A stretch of 64,000 nucleotides of DNA, taken from Candidatus Marinacidobacterales bacterium. Lineage in GTDB: Bacteria > Acidobacteriota > Vicinamibacteria > Marinacidobacterales > SMYC01. Of the stretch, positions 1-10,548 are shown piece after piece (position 1 is the stretch's first letter; the number at the start of each line of letters is the position of its first letter). The stretch lies in the NCBI GenBank assembly GCA_965237955.1, contig OZ250169.1, positions 5,280,001-5,344,000 on the forward strand, written 5' to 3'. The position numbers and the translations under genes were made by a program. Under the pieces are notes generated by a model. It saw only the letters and a program-made list of their open reading frames with translations, had not been told where the DNA came from and made no database searches.

Positions 1-852
<852 letters not shown>

Positions 853-912
853 CTAATGCGCTGAATCGGCGTGATAATGCTCAAGTTCTGCCGCGTGAGG
901 TGAGCGAGCGAG

Positions 913-942
913 AGTATACGGTCGTGTTGGCGGAAGTGTCAA
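913..942 (-). promoter_or_regulatory. sigma70-type promoter for gap
   Basis: TTGACA-N18-TATACT on the minus strand, about 70 nt upstream of the gap ATG. Confidence 0.65.
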
Positions 943-989
943 TCTATGCCAGGCTGTGCCGTAACTCACTTATTTTCAGCTAATTCCAA

Positions 990-1018
990 TTGACAGCTCC
1001 GGCGCCTCCTCGTATAGT
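990..1018 (+). promoter_or_regulatory. sigma70-type promoter for the LPS operon
   Basis: TTGACA-N17-TATAGT; this implies the waaA start is ATG 1035, not the TTG at 990. Confidence 0.75.
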
Positions 1019-1034
1019 CGCGGGGCGGCCTTCG

Positions 1035-2321
1035 ATGTATCTTCTTTATAGCCTCCTCTTCGGAGGGCTCCTCCTAGTGGGTCTACCGTACCTCCTGTAC
1101 CGGAGCTTCCGTCAACAAGGCTATGCGCGCAGTCTCGTCGAGCGCGTTCGCGTTCCCGAGCTCGAAGCTTCGAAGCAGGCTGAACAGGCTGAACAGGCGA
1201 CGATTTGGCTCCATGCGGTCTCCGTGGGAGAGGTTATCGCTGTCGCGACGCTCCTCCCGGCGCTCGAGCGCGCCTTTCCCGATGCACGGTTCGTCGTGTC
1301 GGTCATCACCGTGACCGGGCGCCGCGTTGCGGAGGACAAGCTCCAAGACGTCGCGGCCGTCTTCTACTGCCCGTTCGACCTCGCGTTTTTCGTGCGCCGC
1401 GTCGTCAACAAAGTGCGGCCACGCGCACTCGTCGTCATCGAGACCGAGATCTGGCCGCATCTGTTGCGCGAGGCCAAGCGGTCCGGCGCGAAGACGATGA
1501 TCGCCGGCGGGCGGATCTCGGATCGATCGTTCCTACGCTATCGGACCATCCGTGGATTCATGAAGCGCTTTCTCGCGGAAGTCGACGGCTTCTGCATGCA
1601 GAACGAGCTCTACCGCGAGCGCATCGAGGCGCTCGGCGCGCCGCCCGAGCGCATTCGGGTGACGGGAAGTTTGAAGTTCGATGCTATCGCGCCGTCGATG
1701 GCACGCGTTGAGCGGGTTTTTCCCGAGAACCGGCGCGTTCTCGTGGCAGGGAGCACGCTCGATCCCGAAGAGGAGGAGCTTCTCTATGTCTTCGAGTCGC
1801 TGTCGCGCGACGCGCCGGATCTCTTCCTCGTCATTGCGCCGAGACACCCGCCTCGATTCGATGTCGTTACCGAGCTCGTGCGAAAGCGCGGCCATCGCGT
1901 CATACGCCGCTCGGACCCGGGCCCCGACAAGGCTGACATAAAGGACACCGGCGACGCGGACGTGATGATCTTGGACACGCTCGGCGAGCTGGCATCCCTC
2001 TACGAGCAGGCCGATTACGTTTTCGTCGGCGGAAGTTTGGCCGACTGGGGTGGTCACAACATCATCGAGCCCGCATCGAAAGGTAAGCCCGTCGTTTTCG
2101 GCCCCCACATGCGGAACTTCGCCGACGTCGCGACGCTGTTCGTCGAAGGCAATGCCGCGGTGCAGGTTCAAGACAGTGATGAGCTGGAGTCCGTGCTGCG
2201 CGATTGGATCGAAAACCCCGAGCGAGCCCGTGAGCTTTCCGAGAACACGACGCGGGTCATCGAAGACAACCGCGGGGCATCCGAGCGGACGGTTGCCGCA
2301 CTCAAAGAGCTTCTTGAATGA
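1035..2321 (+). CDS. waaA: 3-deoxy-D-manno-octulosonic acid (Kdo) transferase
   Basis: IWLHAVSVGE, ETEIWP, APRHP, DTLGEL and GGHNIIEP motifs. Confidence 0.95.
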   Translation: MYLLYSLLFGGLLLVGLPYLLYRSFRQQGYARSLVERVRVPELEASKQAEQAEQATIWLHAVSVGEVIAVATLLPALERAFPDARFVVSVITVTGRRVAEDKLQDVAAVFYCPFDLAFFVRRVVNKVRPRALVVIETEIWPHLLREAKRSGAKTMIAGGRISDRSFLRYRTIRGFMKRFLAEVDGFCMQNELYRERIEALGAPPERIRVTGSLKFDAIAPSMARVERVFPENRRVLVAGSTLDPEEEELLYVFESLSRDAPDLFLVIAPRHPPRFDVVTELVRKRGHRVIRRSDPGPDKADIKDTGDADVMILDTLGELASLYEQADYVFVGGSLADWGGHNIIEPASKGKPVVFGPHMRNFADVATLFVEGNAAVQVQDSDELESVLRDWIENPERARELSENTTRVIEDNRGASERTVAALKELLE

Positions 2322-3331
2322 AGGCGAAGGCGCTTTTACCTCTGTCGTGGCTCTACGGCGCGGCCGTCGGCATCCGCAATCACTACTACGACAGCGTGGA
2401 CGCGAAGAAGCTTCCCGTTCCCGTCGTAAGCGTCGGGAATGTCACCGTCGGTGGGAGCGGCAAGACCCCTCTCGTCGCGACGCTGGCGCAAGAGCTTCTC
2501 GCGCGTGAGTTTCCCGTCGCGGTGCTTTCGAGAGGCTATGGTCGCGAGGGGCATGCACCCTTCGTTCTCGTATCCGATGGCAACAAAGTGCTCGTCGACG
2601 CTCGAGAGGGAGGCGACGAGCCGGTGGAGCTCGCGCGCAAAATCCCGGGACTCGTCGTTGCCGTGGGGGCCGATCGTGTCGGCGCCGCGGAGACCCTTCT
2701 CGAAAAACTAGGACGCCACGTGATCCTTCTCGATGACGGCTTCCAGCACCGTCGTCTCGCCCGGGATGTCGACCTCGTGTGTTTTGATTGCACGGAGTCG
2801 GAGTCGAGCCTGCATCTGCTCCCGGCGGGGCGGTTGCGCGAGCCGCTCCGGAATCTGAAGCGGGCGGATGCGGTGGTTCTCACGCGGTGGAGCGAGTCGT
2901 GCCGGACGCCGGATCTTGGTGATGTGCCGGCCATTCGGGCCGTAAGTCGCGTCGTCGGGTTTACCCGTATCGATAAGGAAGGGAATGAAGGGACGGAAGG
3001 GGACTCGCTCGACGCGGGCGCGTTCCACGACGAAACGGTGAGCCTGGCGCTCGGTATCGCTCGGCCGGAGCGGGTCCGGGAGAGTCTCGACGCTCACGTC
3101 GCGCACGTCGTCGCCCGCCGCGACCACCATCAGTGGAGTGAGACCGAGCTTCGGGAGATCGTCGACGAAGCCAAGGCGAAGGGCGCGCGTGCGCTTCTGA
3201 CGACGGGAAAAGACGCGGTCAAGATGTCTCTCCCGGCGTCGGCGTCTCTTCCCGTGTATCGTATCGACGTCGAGACCGAGATCTTGGACCTCGAAGTGCT
3301 GCGACGACTCGTGGCTTTTCCGCCGCTCTGA
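2318..3331 (+). CDS. lpxK: Tetraacyldisaccharide 4'-kinase
   Basis: VSVGNVTVGGSGKTP, SRGYG, GDEP, LDDGFQH and LLPAGRLRE motifs. Confidence 0.95.
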   Translation: MKAKALLPLSWLYGAAVGIRNHYYDSVDAKKLPVPVVSVGNVTVGGSGKTPLVATLAQELLAREFPVAVLSRGYGREGHAPFVLVSDGNKVLVDAREGGDEPVELARKIPGLVVAVGADRVGAAETLLEKLGRHVILLDDGFQHRRLARDVDLVCFDCTESESSLHLLPAGRLREPLRNLKRADAVVLTRWSESCRTPDLGDVPAIRAVSRVVGFTRIDKEGNEGTEGDSLDAGAFHDETVSLALGIARPERVRESLDAHVAHVVARRDHHQWSETELREIVDEAKAKGARALLTTGKDAVKMSLPASASLPVYRIDVETEILDLEVLRRLVAFPPL

Positions 3332-3366
3332 GTCGGAGTAAAATTAACTGTTTTAGAGTGTCGAGA

Positions 3367-4341
3367 ATGAAGCACGTTATCGAGTACGGTTTGGCGGTCG
3401 GGATCGGTGGCCTCATGCGCCTCGTTCCGCGCCGCACGCGTCTCGCGTGCGGTCGGGCGCTGGGAAGCCTCGTCTATGCGTTCGACGCCCGCCACCGTAA
3501 CATCACCATCGATAACGTCAGCAAAGCCTACGGAAACGAGAAGAGCGACGCGGAGAAGCGAGCCATCGCCGAAGGCGCGTTCCGACACTTCGGTGCCATG
3601 GTGTTCGAGCTCATCACGCTGGGCTCTCCTTCCGCGAAAAAGATCGACGGGCTGGTAGAGCTCGATGGTATCGAGCGCTACGAGCAAGCGCGTGCAAAAG
3701 GAAAAGGCGTCATCCTCATCACCGGTCATTTCGGCAACTGGGAGATCCACGGCGTGGCGCACGGGTATCGTTGGGGGCGCATCCACGTTTTGGCGCGCGT
3801 GCAAGACAACCCGTACTTCAACCGCTGGCTCGAGAAAATCCGCACGATCTCCGGAAACGAAGTGGTGTACAAGCAGAAGGCGTTGAGTCACATGAGGCGG
3901 CTCCTCAGGGAAGGGGAGACCATCGCCCTCGTGATCGATCAAAACGTGCACGTGCAAGACGCGGTGTTCGCCGATTTTTTTGGCCGCAAGGCGGCGACGA
4001 CTCCGGTGCCGAGCTGGTTCGCGTTGAGGACGGGCGCGACGTTGATGCCGGCTTTCTGCGTTCCGCTTCCCGATGGGCACTACCGGGCGGTGTACTCGGA
4101 GCCCATCGACTGCGAGCGCTACCGCGACATGGATCGCGACGACGCCATCCTCGCGATCACACAAGAGCTCGTGCGTGTGCAAGAAAACTACATTCGCGAG
4201 CATCCGGACTGCTGGCTGTGGATGCACCGTCGTTGGAGAACGCGGCCACCGGAAGAGTCTGAAGACCTGGCTGTGGCGCCACCCGATGACCCCGATAAGA
4301 AAGCCCTGGAAAACCCGGCGGCGGTGCCCGAGCTTCGATGA
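3367..4341 (+). CDS. lpxL: Lipid A biosynthesis acyltransferase (HtrB/LpxL family)
   Basis: GHFGNWE, DQ, FFG and WLWMHRRW motifs; operon context. Confidence 0.9.
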   Translation: MKHVIEYGLAVGIGGLMRLVPRRTRLACGRALGSLVYAFDARHRNITIDNVSKAYGNEKSDAEKRAIAEGAFRHFGAMVFELITLGSPSAKKIDGLVELDGIERYEQARAKGKGVILITGHFGNWEIHGVAHGYRWGRIHVLARVQDNPYFNRWLEKIRTISGNEVVYKQKALSHMRRLLREGETIALVIDQNVHVQDAVFADFFGRKAATTPVPSWFALRTGATLMPAFCVPLPDGHYRAVYSEPIDCERYRDMDRDDAILAITQELVRVQENYIREHPDCWLWMHRRWRTRPPEESEDLAVAPPDDPDKKALENPAAVPELR

Positions 4342-5363
4342 CCGTGCGCTCCGTTCTCGTCTACGCTCCGAGCTGGATTGGCGATGCGGTGATGTCTCTC
4401 GGCGCGCTGCGCGCACTGCGACAAAACTACCCCGATGCGCGTCTGAGCGTTCTCACGCGCCCCTGGGTGCAAGACCTCTACGACGTTTGCGGCGTCGTCG
4501 ATGACGCGATCCTCTACGACCCCAGAGGTGCTGACCGCGGCGCCGCGGGGTTCATGCGTGCAGCGAGACGCGTGCGACGGGGGCGCTTCGACGTCTCCGT
4601 CTTGTTCCCGAACGCGTTCCGCGCGGCCGCGCTCGTCCGAGCTTCCGGTGTTCCCGAGCGCTGGGGCTATGCCACCGAAAGCCGCGGGTTCTTGCTCACC
4701 AAACGCGTGCCGCCTGCACCAAGGCCGTTCGGGCGTCACCAGAGCTACTACTACCTGGATCTTCTGAGCGGCCTGGATCTCGAAGTTGGGGAGCCCGACA
4801 CGACGCTCACCGCGACGACGACGATGCGAGATGCGGCGCGAACCCTGCTCGAGCGCAATGGTTGGAACGGCGGACCTCTCGTTGGCGTGCATCCGGGTGC
4901 CGCCAACAGCCCCGCCAAGCTGTGGAAGGCGTCACGGTTCGCGGAAGTCGCGCGCAAGCTCGCCGAGGTCGAAAACGCGCAAGTCGTGATTTTGGGCGGC
5001 ACGACCGAAGGCGAGCTCGCGGCAGAAGTTCAACGAGGGCTTCCATCGGACGTCGCGCTGATGCTCCAGGGGAAAACGTCGCTTGCGGACCTGATAGGTG
5101 TGCTCACAGAGCTATCCGTCTTCCTTTCCAACGACTCGGGGCCGATGCACCTGGCAGCCGCGCTCGGAGTCCGGACGGTGGCGGTTTTCGGCCCGACCGA
5201 TGCGCGCGAGACGGGCCCCATGAGCTCGTATGCGCGTGTCGTGCGCGAGCCCGTCGATTGCAGCCCGTGCCTCTACCGCGACTGCCCGATCGACCACCGG
5301 TGTATGGAGCGCGTCACCTCCGAGCGCGTTTATGACGAGGCTTCCGCGCTGATATCGTCATGA
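4338..5363 (+). CDS. waaF: LPS heptosyltransferase II (GT9)
   Basis: PSWIGDAVM, HPGA, NDSGPMHLAAA and FGPT motifs. Confidence 0.9.
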   Translation: MTVRSVLVYAPSWIGDAVMSLGALRALRQNYPDARLSVLTRPWVQDLYDVCGVVDDAILYDPRGADRGAAGFMRAARRVRRGRFDVSVLFPNAFRAAALVRASGVPERWGYATESRGFLLTKRVPPAPRPFGRHQSYYYLDLLSGLDLEVGEPDTTLTATTTMRDAARTLLERNGWNGGPLVGVHPGAANSPAKLWKASRFAEVARKLAEVENAQVVILGGTTEGELAAEVQRGLPSDVALMLQGKTSLADLIGVLTELSVFLSNDSGPMHLAAALGVRTVAVFGPTDARETGPMSSYARVVREPVDCSPCLYRDCPIDHRCMERVTSERVYDEASALISS

Positions 5364-5926
5364 GTGGTAAGCCGGCGATCTTTCTCGACCGAGACGGCAC
5401 CCTCAACGAGTCCGTCGGCTACGTGAATCACGCGAGCCGGTTTCGCCTGTTCCCATGGAGTGTCGACGCGGTTCGCCTTGTTCGAGACGAAGGCTACCTC
5501 GCGGTCATCGTGACGAATCAATCTGGAATCGGACGCGGCTTTTTCTCGGACGAGCTGCTGACATCGATTCACGGGGAGCTCGAGGCACGGCTCGAAAAAG
5601 CGGGGACGGGGCTCGACGGTATCTATTACTGCCCGCACAAACCTAGCGACGAGTGCGAGTGTCGCAAACCGCAGGCCGGCATGCTGCGACGAGCGAGTGA
5701 GAGTGACGAGCTCGATATCGACCTCGAACGCTCGTGGATCGTCGGCGACACGATGACGGACCTCGAAGCGGGGTGGGCTGTCGGCACGCGTGGCGCGCTC
5801 GTCAGGACCGGTTTCGGTGAAGGCAGCTTGAAGTTCGAGAGCGCGGGCTGGCCCCGTCAGCCGGACCTCGTCGCCGACAACGTCTACCGTGCGATCGCAG
5901 ACATTGTCTGGGGGAGTGCGAGTTGA
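5360..5926 (+). CDS. gmhB: D-glycero-D-manno-heptose 1,7-bisphosphate phosphatase
   Basis: HAD motif FLDRDGT, VTNQSG, CPH...CECRKP and GD. Confidence 0.92.
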   Translation: MSGKPAIFLDRDGTLNESVGYVNHASRFRLFPWSVDAVRLVRDEGYLAVIVTNQSGIGRGFFSDELLTSIHGELEARLEKAGTGLDGIYYCPHKPSDECECRKPQAGMLRRASESDELDIDLERSWIVGDTMTDLEAGWAVGTRGALVRTGFGEGSLKFESAGWPRQPDLVADNVYRAIADIVWGSAS

Positions 5927-6924
5927 AGGACCGCCTCCTCGAGCTCATCGACGCGTTCTCGAACGTGGGCGTGTTGTGCGTCGTCGACCTTGTCGCGGAC
6001 GAGTACGTCTACGGCCAGATATCGCGCGTCAGTCGGGAAGCGCCGGTTTTGATTCTCGACTATGACGACACGCGTATCGTGCCGGGTGGAGGAGGCAACG
6101 CCGTCAACAATATTGCGGCACTCGGCGGCCGGCCGTTGGCGATTGGGATGGTCGGGAAGGATCCAGCGGGACGAGACCTCATCGCCGCGCTGCGGAAGTC
6201 GAAGGTCGACGTCACTGCGGTGCGCCGCGATCCCGACTACCGCACGCCCGCGAAAACGCGCATTCTCGCTGGTGGGATCCACTCCGGTAAGCAACAGGTC
6301 GTCCGCATCGATCGCAAGACGCGCGTGAGCATGACGCGGGAGATCGACAAGCATCTGGACAGTGCGGTGAAGGATTTGTTGCCGCACGCGGATGTCGTGA
6401 TGGTGTCGGACTACGACTACGGTCTCATCACGCCCGATTTCGGCAATGCCCTCGCACGGCGCACGGCGTCGTTGCGCAAACAAGCGGTGCTCGATTCGCG
6501 TTATTCGATCCTGTCGTATTCGGGGTTTACGTCCGCGACGCCCAACGAGCCGGAGGTCGAAGCGGCGCTTGGTATCGCGATCGGACACGATGACGCGACG
6601 CTCGAGAATGCCGGACGGAAGTTGATGACGAAGCTCCGTACGCGGGCGCTTTTGATGACGCGCGGGAAAGATGGGATGGCGCTTTTCGAGCCGCGCCGGG
6701 CGACGCGTCACATTCCGATCTACGGAAGCGATGCAATCGCCGATGTCACCGGCGCGGGCGATACCGTCATTAGCGCGTACACGCTTGCCTTGGGTGCGGG
6801 CGCGTCGTTCCACGAAGCGGCCATGCTGGCAAACTACGCGGGCGGCATCGTGGTGATGAAGCGCGGCACTGCCACGGTGTCGCGCGAAGAGCTCGCCGAC
6901 GCCGTCGGCACCGATAGCGAGTGA
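5923..6924 (+). CDS. Heptose-7-phosphate kinase (standalone HldE/RfaE domain I, PfkB family)
   Basis: SRVSREAPV, PGGGGN, TPN and DVTGAGDT motifs. Confidence 0.88.
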   Translation: MKDRLLELIDAFSNVGVLCVVDLVADEYVYGQISRVSREAPVLILDYDDTRIVPGGGGNAVNNIAALGGRPLAIGMVGKDPAGRDLIAALRKSKVDVTAVRRDPDYRTPAKTRILAGGIHSGKQQVVRIDRKTRVSMTREIDKHLDSAVKDLLPHADVVMVSDYDYGLITPDFGNALARRTASLRKQAVLDSRYSILSYSGFTSATPNEPEVEAALGIAIGHDDATLENAGRKLMTKLRTRALLMTRGKDGMALFEPRRATRHIPIYGSDAIADVTGAGDTVISAYTLALGAGASFHEAAMLANYAGGIVVMKRGTATVSREELADAVGTDSE

Positions 6925-6925
6925 G

Positions 6926-7405
6926 ATGGGCTCGGTCGTCGAATTGGAAAAGGCAGCCCGGCTCGTCGAAGACGCGAAGCGCGACGGCAAGCGCGTGGTG
7001 CTCGCGAACGGTCACTTCGATCTGCTGCACGTCGGCCACGTTCGCTATCTCGAAGGCGCGCGCGCCGCGGGTGATGTTCTCGTCGTCGGGGTGAACGGCG
7101 ACGAGGTTACGAAGAAGCTCAAGGGTCCGGGCCGACCCATCCTGAGCGCGGCGGAGCGAGCGGAGCTGGTGGCTGCGCTCGAGAGCGTCGATGTCGTTGT
7201 CGTTTTCGATGACATCAACGTCGCCGCGCTCCTCGAGCGGCTTCGCCCCAACGTCCACTGCAAGGGAACGGACTACACCGAAGACACGGTCCCCGAACGC
7301 GAAGTGATGCGTGAGCTAGGCGGCGAAACCCGCATCGTCGGCGACCCAAAGGATCATTCGACCCACGATCTTATCGCCGCAATCCGAGAACGCTTTTCTA
7401 AATAA
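6926..7405 (+). CDS. Heptose-1-phosphate adenylyltransferase (standalone HldE/RfaE domain II)
   Basis: NGHFDLLHVGHVRYL, KGPGRP and KGTDY motifs. Confidence 0.9.
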   Translation: MGSVVELEKAARLVEDAKRDGKRVVLANGHFDLLHVGHVRYLEGARAAGDVLVVGVNGDEVTKKLKGPGRPILSAAERAELVAALESVDVVVVFDDINVAALLERLRPNVHCKGTDYTEDTVPEREVMRELGGETRIVGDPKDHSTHDLIAAIRERFSK

Positions 7406-7407
7406 AA

Positions 7408-7535
7408 AACCTCTCCCCGGTCCCGCCTTCGCCAGTAGCTCGGTGGCGGAGGGGAGAGAGTTTCACGGAGGCCGCCAAAGACGGCCTGGTGAGGGGGGCG
7501 GCGGCGGCGATCTGTGATCTCCGAAGCCGCCCCCT
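7408..7535. terminator. Cluster of GC-rich hairpins between convergent genes (possible terminators or REP-like elements)
   Basis: Stems CCTTCGCCA/TGGCGGAGG, GGCCG/CGGCC and GGGGGCGGC/GCCGCCCCC. Confidence 0.45.
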
Positions 7536-7574
7536 GACTCAAACCTGCTGATGGCCGATGGCCGAAGGCGCCGC

Positions 7575-8012
7575 TTACTGTACGTTCACTTCAATCTGCC
7601 GCGGCTTCGCCTCGTCCGCCTTGGGAAGGGCCAGCGTGAGAACGCCTTCCTTGTACTCCGCCAGGATCTTGGAAACGTTGACCGTGCTCGGCAGGCTGAA
7701 GGAACGGCTGAACGTTCCGTAGGACCGCTCGGTCCGGAAGTAGCCGTCGTCCTTGACCTCTTCCTTGCGCTCCTTCTTGCCGCGGATGGTGAGGACGTTG
7801 TTCTCGACGCGCACGTCGATGTCTTCCTTCTTCATGCCGGGAACTTCGGCATGGATGACGACTTCGGCACCCTTGTCGTAGATGTCGACGGCGGGGCTCC
7901 ACGCGCCGAGGAAATCATTGTTCTCCTCGCGGGGAAGGTCGAACAGCCGGTTGAATCGGCTGGAGAGAGTATTGAACTCTTTCCAAAAAGGGTCTCTAAC
8001 CACTAGGTTCAT
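7575..8012 (-). CDS. Small heat-shock protein (Hsp20/alpha-crystallin family)
   Basis: WSPAVDIY, AEVPG, ERSYGTFSRSF, GVLTL and C-terminal IEV motifs. Confidence 0.95.
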   Translation of the reverse strand: MNLVVRDPFWKEFNTLSSRFNRLFDLPREENNDFLGAWSPAVDIYDKGAEVVIHAEVPGMKKEDIDVRVENNVLTIRGKKERKEEVKDDGYFRTERSYGTFSRSFSLPSTVNVSKILAEYKEGVLTLALPKADEAKPRQIEVNVQ

Positions 8013-8066
8013 GGGAATCCTCCTCGTATACCAATCTGGTTGAAATTGAAACTGTCTGGTTTCTGG

Positions 8067-8183
8067 CTATCACGAGTATCACTATACTAGATTCTGAAGA
8101 TTTAATCAAATAAATATATTTATTATAAACTAATATAATATTAGTATATATAAATAAGATATATAACCTTAGTCCCGTGATAG
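8067..8183. promoter_or_regulatory. Very AT-rich divergent regulatory island with nested palindromes
   Basis: TAAATATATTTA (8111-8122) and ACTAATAT-A-ATATTAGT (8129-8145), bracketed by the inverted pair CTATCACGAG/CCCGTGATAG. Confidence 0.55.
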
Positions 8184-8195
8184 ACTTCCAGCACT

Positions 8196-8729
8196 TTGGT
8201 AGGAGCCGCATCGCTTTCCAGATGGCGTGTCCCGCTGGGCTGGGCCGCGGGCCTCACCGCACTCTACGTGGCGTCGCCTAGAGCGCCTCTCTATGCCGCG
8301 GGGCTCGCGATCGCTGCCTTCGGCGAAGCCGTGCGGATTTGGGCTGCCGGCCACCTCGACAAGAACACGCGCCTCACCATGAGCGGTCCTTACGCATGGA
8401 CGCGGAACCCCTTGTATTTCGGAAGCGCCTGGATTGGGCTGGGTTTGGCGCTAGCGACGGGAAGGCTCTTTCTGGTGGCGGTGGTGGTGGCGTTGTTCGT
8501 CGCGGTTTACGTGCCGGTGATGAAGCGCGAGGCGGCTCGTCTGGCCGAGACGTTCCCAGCCGCTTACCGTGCGTACGCGGATCGCACGCGGCTTTTTTGG
8601 CCTCGTCCGCCGAAGGCAGGGGACAAAGAAGGCGGCTTTTCGACGAAGCGGCTGCTTGCGAACCGCGAGCACCTTACGGTGGCAGGATGGCTCGCAGTAG
8701 CCGGGATTATCGGCTGGAAACTGTTGTAA
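8196..8729 (+). CDS. Isoprenylcysteine carboxylmethyltransferase / PEMT family membrane protein
   Basis: RIWAAGH...L...GPYAWTRNPLY motif and TM helices. Confidence 0.85.
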   Translation: MVGAASLSRWRVPLGWAAGLTALYVASPRAPLYAAGLAIAAFGEAVRIWAAGHLDKNTRLTMSGPYAWTRNPLYFGSAWIGLGLALATGRLFLVAVVVALFVAVYVPVMKREAARLAETFPAAYRAYADRTRLFWPRPPKAGDKEGGFSTKRLLANREHLTVAGWLAVAGIIGWKLL

Positions 8730-8738
8730 CGAAAGGTA

Positions 8739-9050
8739 TTATCGTCCGTACGTTGCGACGAAGCCGGTTGGGATGACCTTCATGCGCCTACCCATCTCTT
8801 CGTCGTAGTAGCGACGATAGAGGATGTCCCACTCCTCGCCGCCTTCGGGAATGTCGCGCCGCTGGCTTTCGATTTTGTAGCGAACCGCCTGGTCGATGAC
8901 CTCGTCGTCTCTGAGCTCTTCTTGGATGATGCGGGCAATCTCGAGACGGATGTCGCTTTCCTCTTCGAAAAACTCGATTTCAGGCTCGCTCCGGAGGTAG
9001 TTCATGATGAGGTTGGCGAGGTGATTGACCTTGGCGTTCGACAGTCGCAT
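8739..9050 (-). CDS. DUF507 family protein
   Basis: MRLS..KVNHLA start and EGGEEWDILYRRYYDEE. Confidence 0.75.
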   Translation of the reverse strand: MRLSNAKVNHLANLIMNYLRSEPEIEFFEEESDIRLEIARIIQEELRDDEVIDQAVRYKIESQRRDIPEGGEEWDILYRRYYDEEMGRRMKVIPTGFVATYGR

Positions 9051-9057
9051 AGCGCGG

Positions 9058-9336
9058 TTAGAGGATAATCTTCCTTTGCCGGGCGAGCTTTTTCTTGATC
9101 ATTTTGAACATCTCGCGGTACTCGACGTTCGTCCGTCGCATTTCCTCGGCGTGCTCGGTGAGGATCTCGCGAACTTCGTCGTTCAGCCGATCCTCCACGA
9201 GAAGCTCTTCGGTCATGATGGCGATAAGCGATCGAACCATGTGAGCCGGATCGTCCGAATCGGTAAGCTCCTTCTCGTGGAGCTCCTTGGTGATACGGTA
9301 AGCAATGTACTCAACTTGATTCTTGGTTAGTCGCAT
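9058..9336 (-). CDS. DUF507 family protein (tandem paralog)
   Basis: EDRLNDEVREIL...YREMFKMIKKKLAR. Confidence 0.78.
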   Translation of the reverse strand: MRLTKNQVEYIAYRITKELHEKELTDSDDPAHMVRSLIAIMTEELLVEDRLNDEVREILTEHAEEMRRTNVEYREMFKMIKKKLARQRKIIL

Positions 9337-9389
9337 ACTCGATCAAAGAAGCCTATCACGCGGCTCGACGCAACCTCAAGAAGAACTGG

Positions 9390-10283
9390 AGGTTCTGCTG
9401 CCTTTTTGCCTGTTATTGCTCGTTTTGACGGCTTTCCCAGCTGCGGTGCTCGCGCAATCGGAAGTTTCCGGCCAGATCGGTGGGGTCGTCTTTGCCGATG
9501 GAGATGGTGATGGCCGGCGCGGACCCGGCGAGGCCGGCATCGGCGTCGTCGTCGTCTGCTCCCGATCGAGTGCGCGGCGACCGATGACGACGGTACCTAC
9601 GAGGTCCAAGTCGATCCGGGCTACCGCGTCGTGTGGGTGCGCCAACCCGACGGCTATCGAGCCGCGCGCGGTTCTGGCGGCGCGTGCCCGCTGACCCGCT
9701 CGAGTAGCTAGTAAGTTTTCCTTTAGAAGAGTCGGCTCCGTTACCCGTGCGCGCGTTCAGTTTCATCCACGCGTCGGATACTCACCTCGACGAAGAGAGC
9801 GTTCCGAGATTTCGGCGTCTTCGAGAGATCACCGAAGAGCGCGGCGTCGACTTCGTTTTGATTATGGGTGACCTCATCCGCGACGCACTCCGCGTTTCGG
9901 AGGAGACGGCCCGCGAGCGCTTCGAGCTTTTCCGCAAAGAAAAGAGCGACTTCCCCGTGCCTGTGTGGGTCGTGCCCGGAAACCACGAGAACTTCGGGAT
10001 CGAGCGCGATCGAACCGGCGTTTCCTCGGACCGACCTACTACTCGTTCGACTACGGAGGCGTCCACTTCGTCGCGCTCCGACACCGTCGACATCGAAGAC
10101 CAGTCGTACTACGCGCACGTCGACGCGATCCAGATGAGCTGGCTCGACGAGGACTTGTACGCGGTCGACACCGACACTCCCGTCGTGACCTTCAACCACA
10201 TCCCGCTCTTCTCAGCGGCCATTCACGGAAATTTCTACCCGGATGGAGTACGTCTCCCGCGTGACCCTCTACAATTTTCGTGA
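9390..10283 (+). pseudogene. Exported calcineurin-like metallophosphoesterase, frameshifted and truncated
   Basis: Signal peptide and GVVFADGDGDG N-domain; HASDTH, GDL, PGNHE, YYSFDYGGVHF and NHIP motifs spread over several frames; start approximate. Confidence 0.75.
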
Positions 10284-10344
10284 CGGGGCGATCGCGGGCT
10301 GGGAGTTCATCCCCCTGGACAGACTGGACAGCCTTCAGGATCCG

Positions 10345-10373
10345 TTGACAGCTCCCGCTAACGTCGCTATACT
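10345..10373 (+). promoter_or_regulatory. sigma70 promoter of tRNA-Asp
   Basis: TTGACA-N17-TATACT. Confidence 0.8.
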
Positions 10374-10419
10374 CGACTGTTTTCGCGGGTGGCTTGTCAC
10401 CCGTATCCCATGACCTAGC

Positions 10420-10496
10420 GGGGTCGTAGTTCAGTTGGCTAGAACGCCTGCCTGTCACGCAGGAGGTCGCGAGTTCGAGTCTCGTCGGCCCCGCCA
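10420..10496 (+). tRNA. tRNA-Asp (GTC)
   Basis: Acceptor stem GGGGTCG/CGGCCCC, anticodon arm CCTGC-CTGTCAC-GCAGG, GTTCGAG T-loop, encoded CCA; 77 nt. Confidence 0.97.
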
Positions 10497-10548
10497 TAGT
10501 TTCCAATCACTTGCAGCGATCCTATTGGACCCGTTTGTGGCGATTGTC

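Noticed and set aside
8040-8190. CIRCE or HAIR operator upstream of hsp20
   Set aside because: Neither TTAGCACTC-N9-GAGTGCTAA nor CTTGAGT-N7-ACTCAAG is present.
10470-10496. tRNA-Asp 3' end as attL of an integrated island
   Set aside because: I found no second copy of the tRNA 3' end and no tyrosine or serine integrase in the window.
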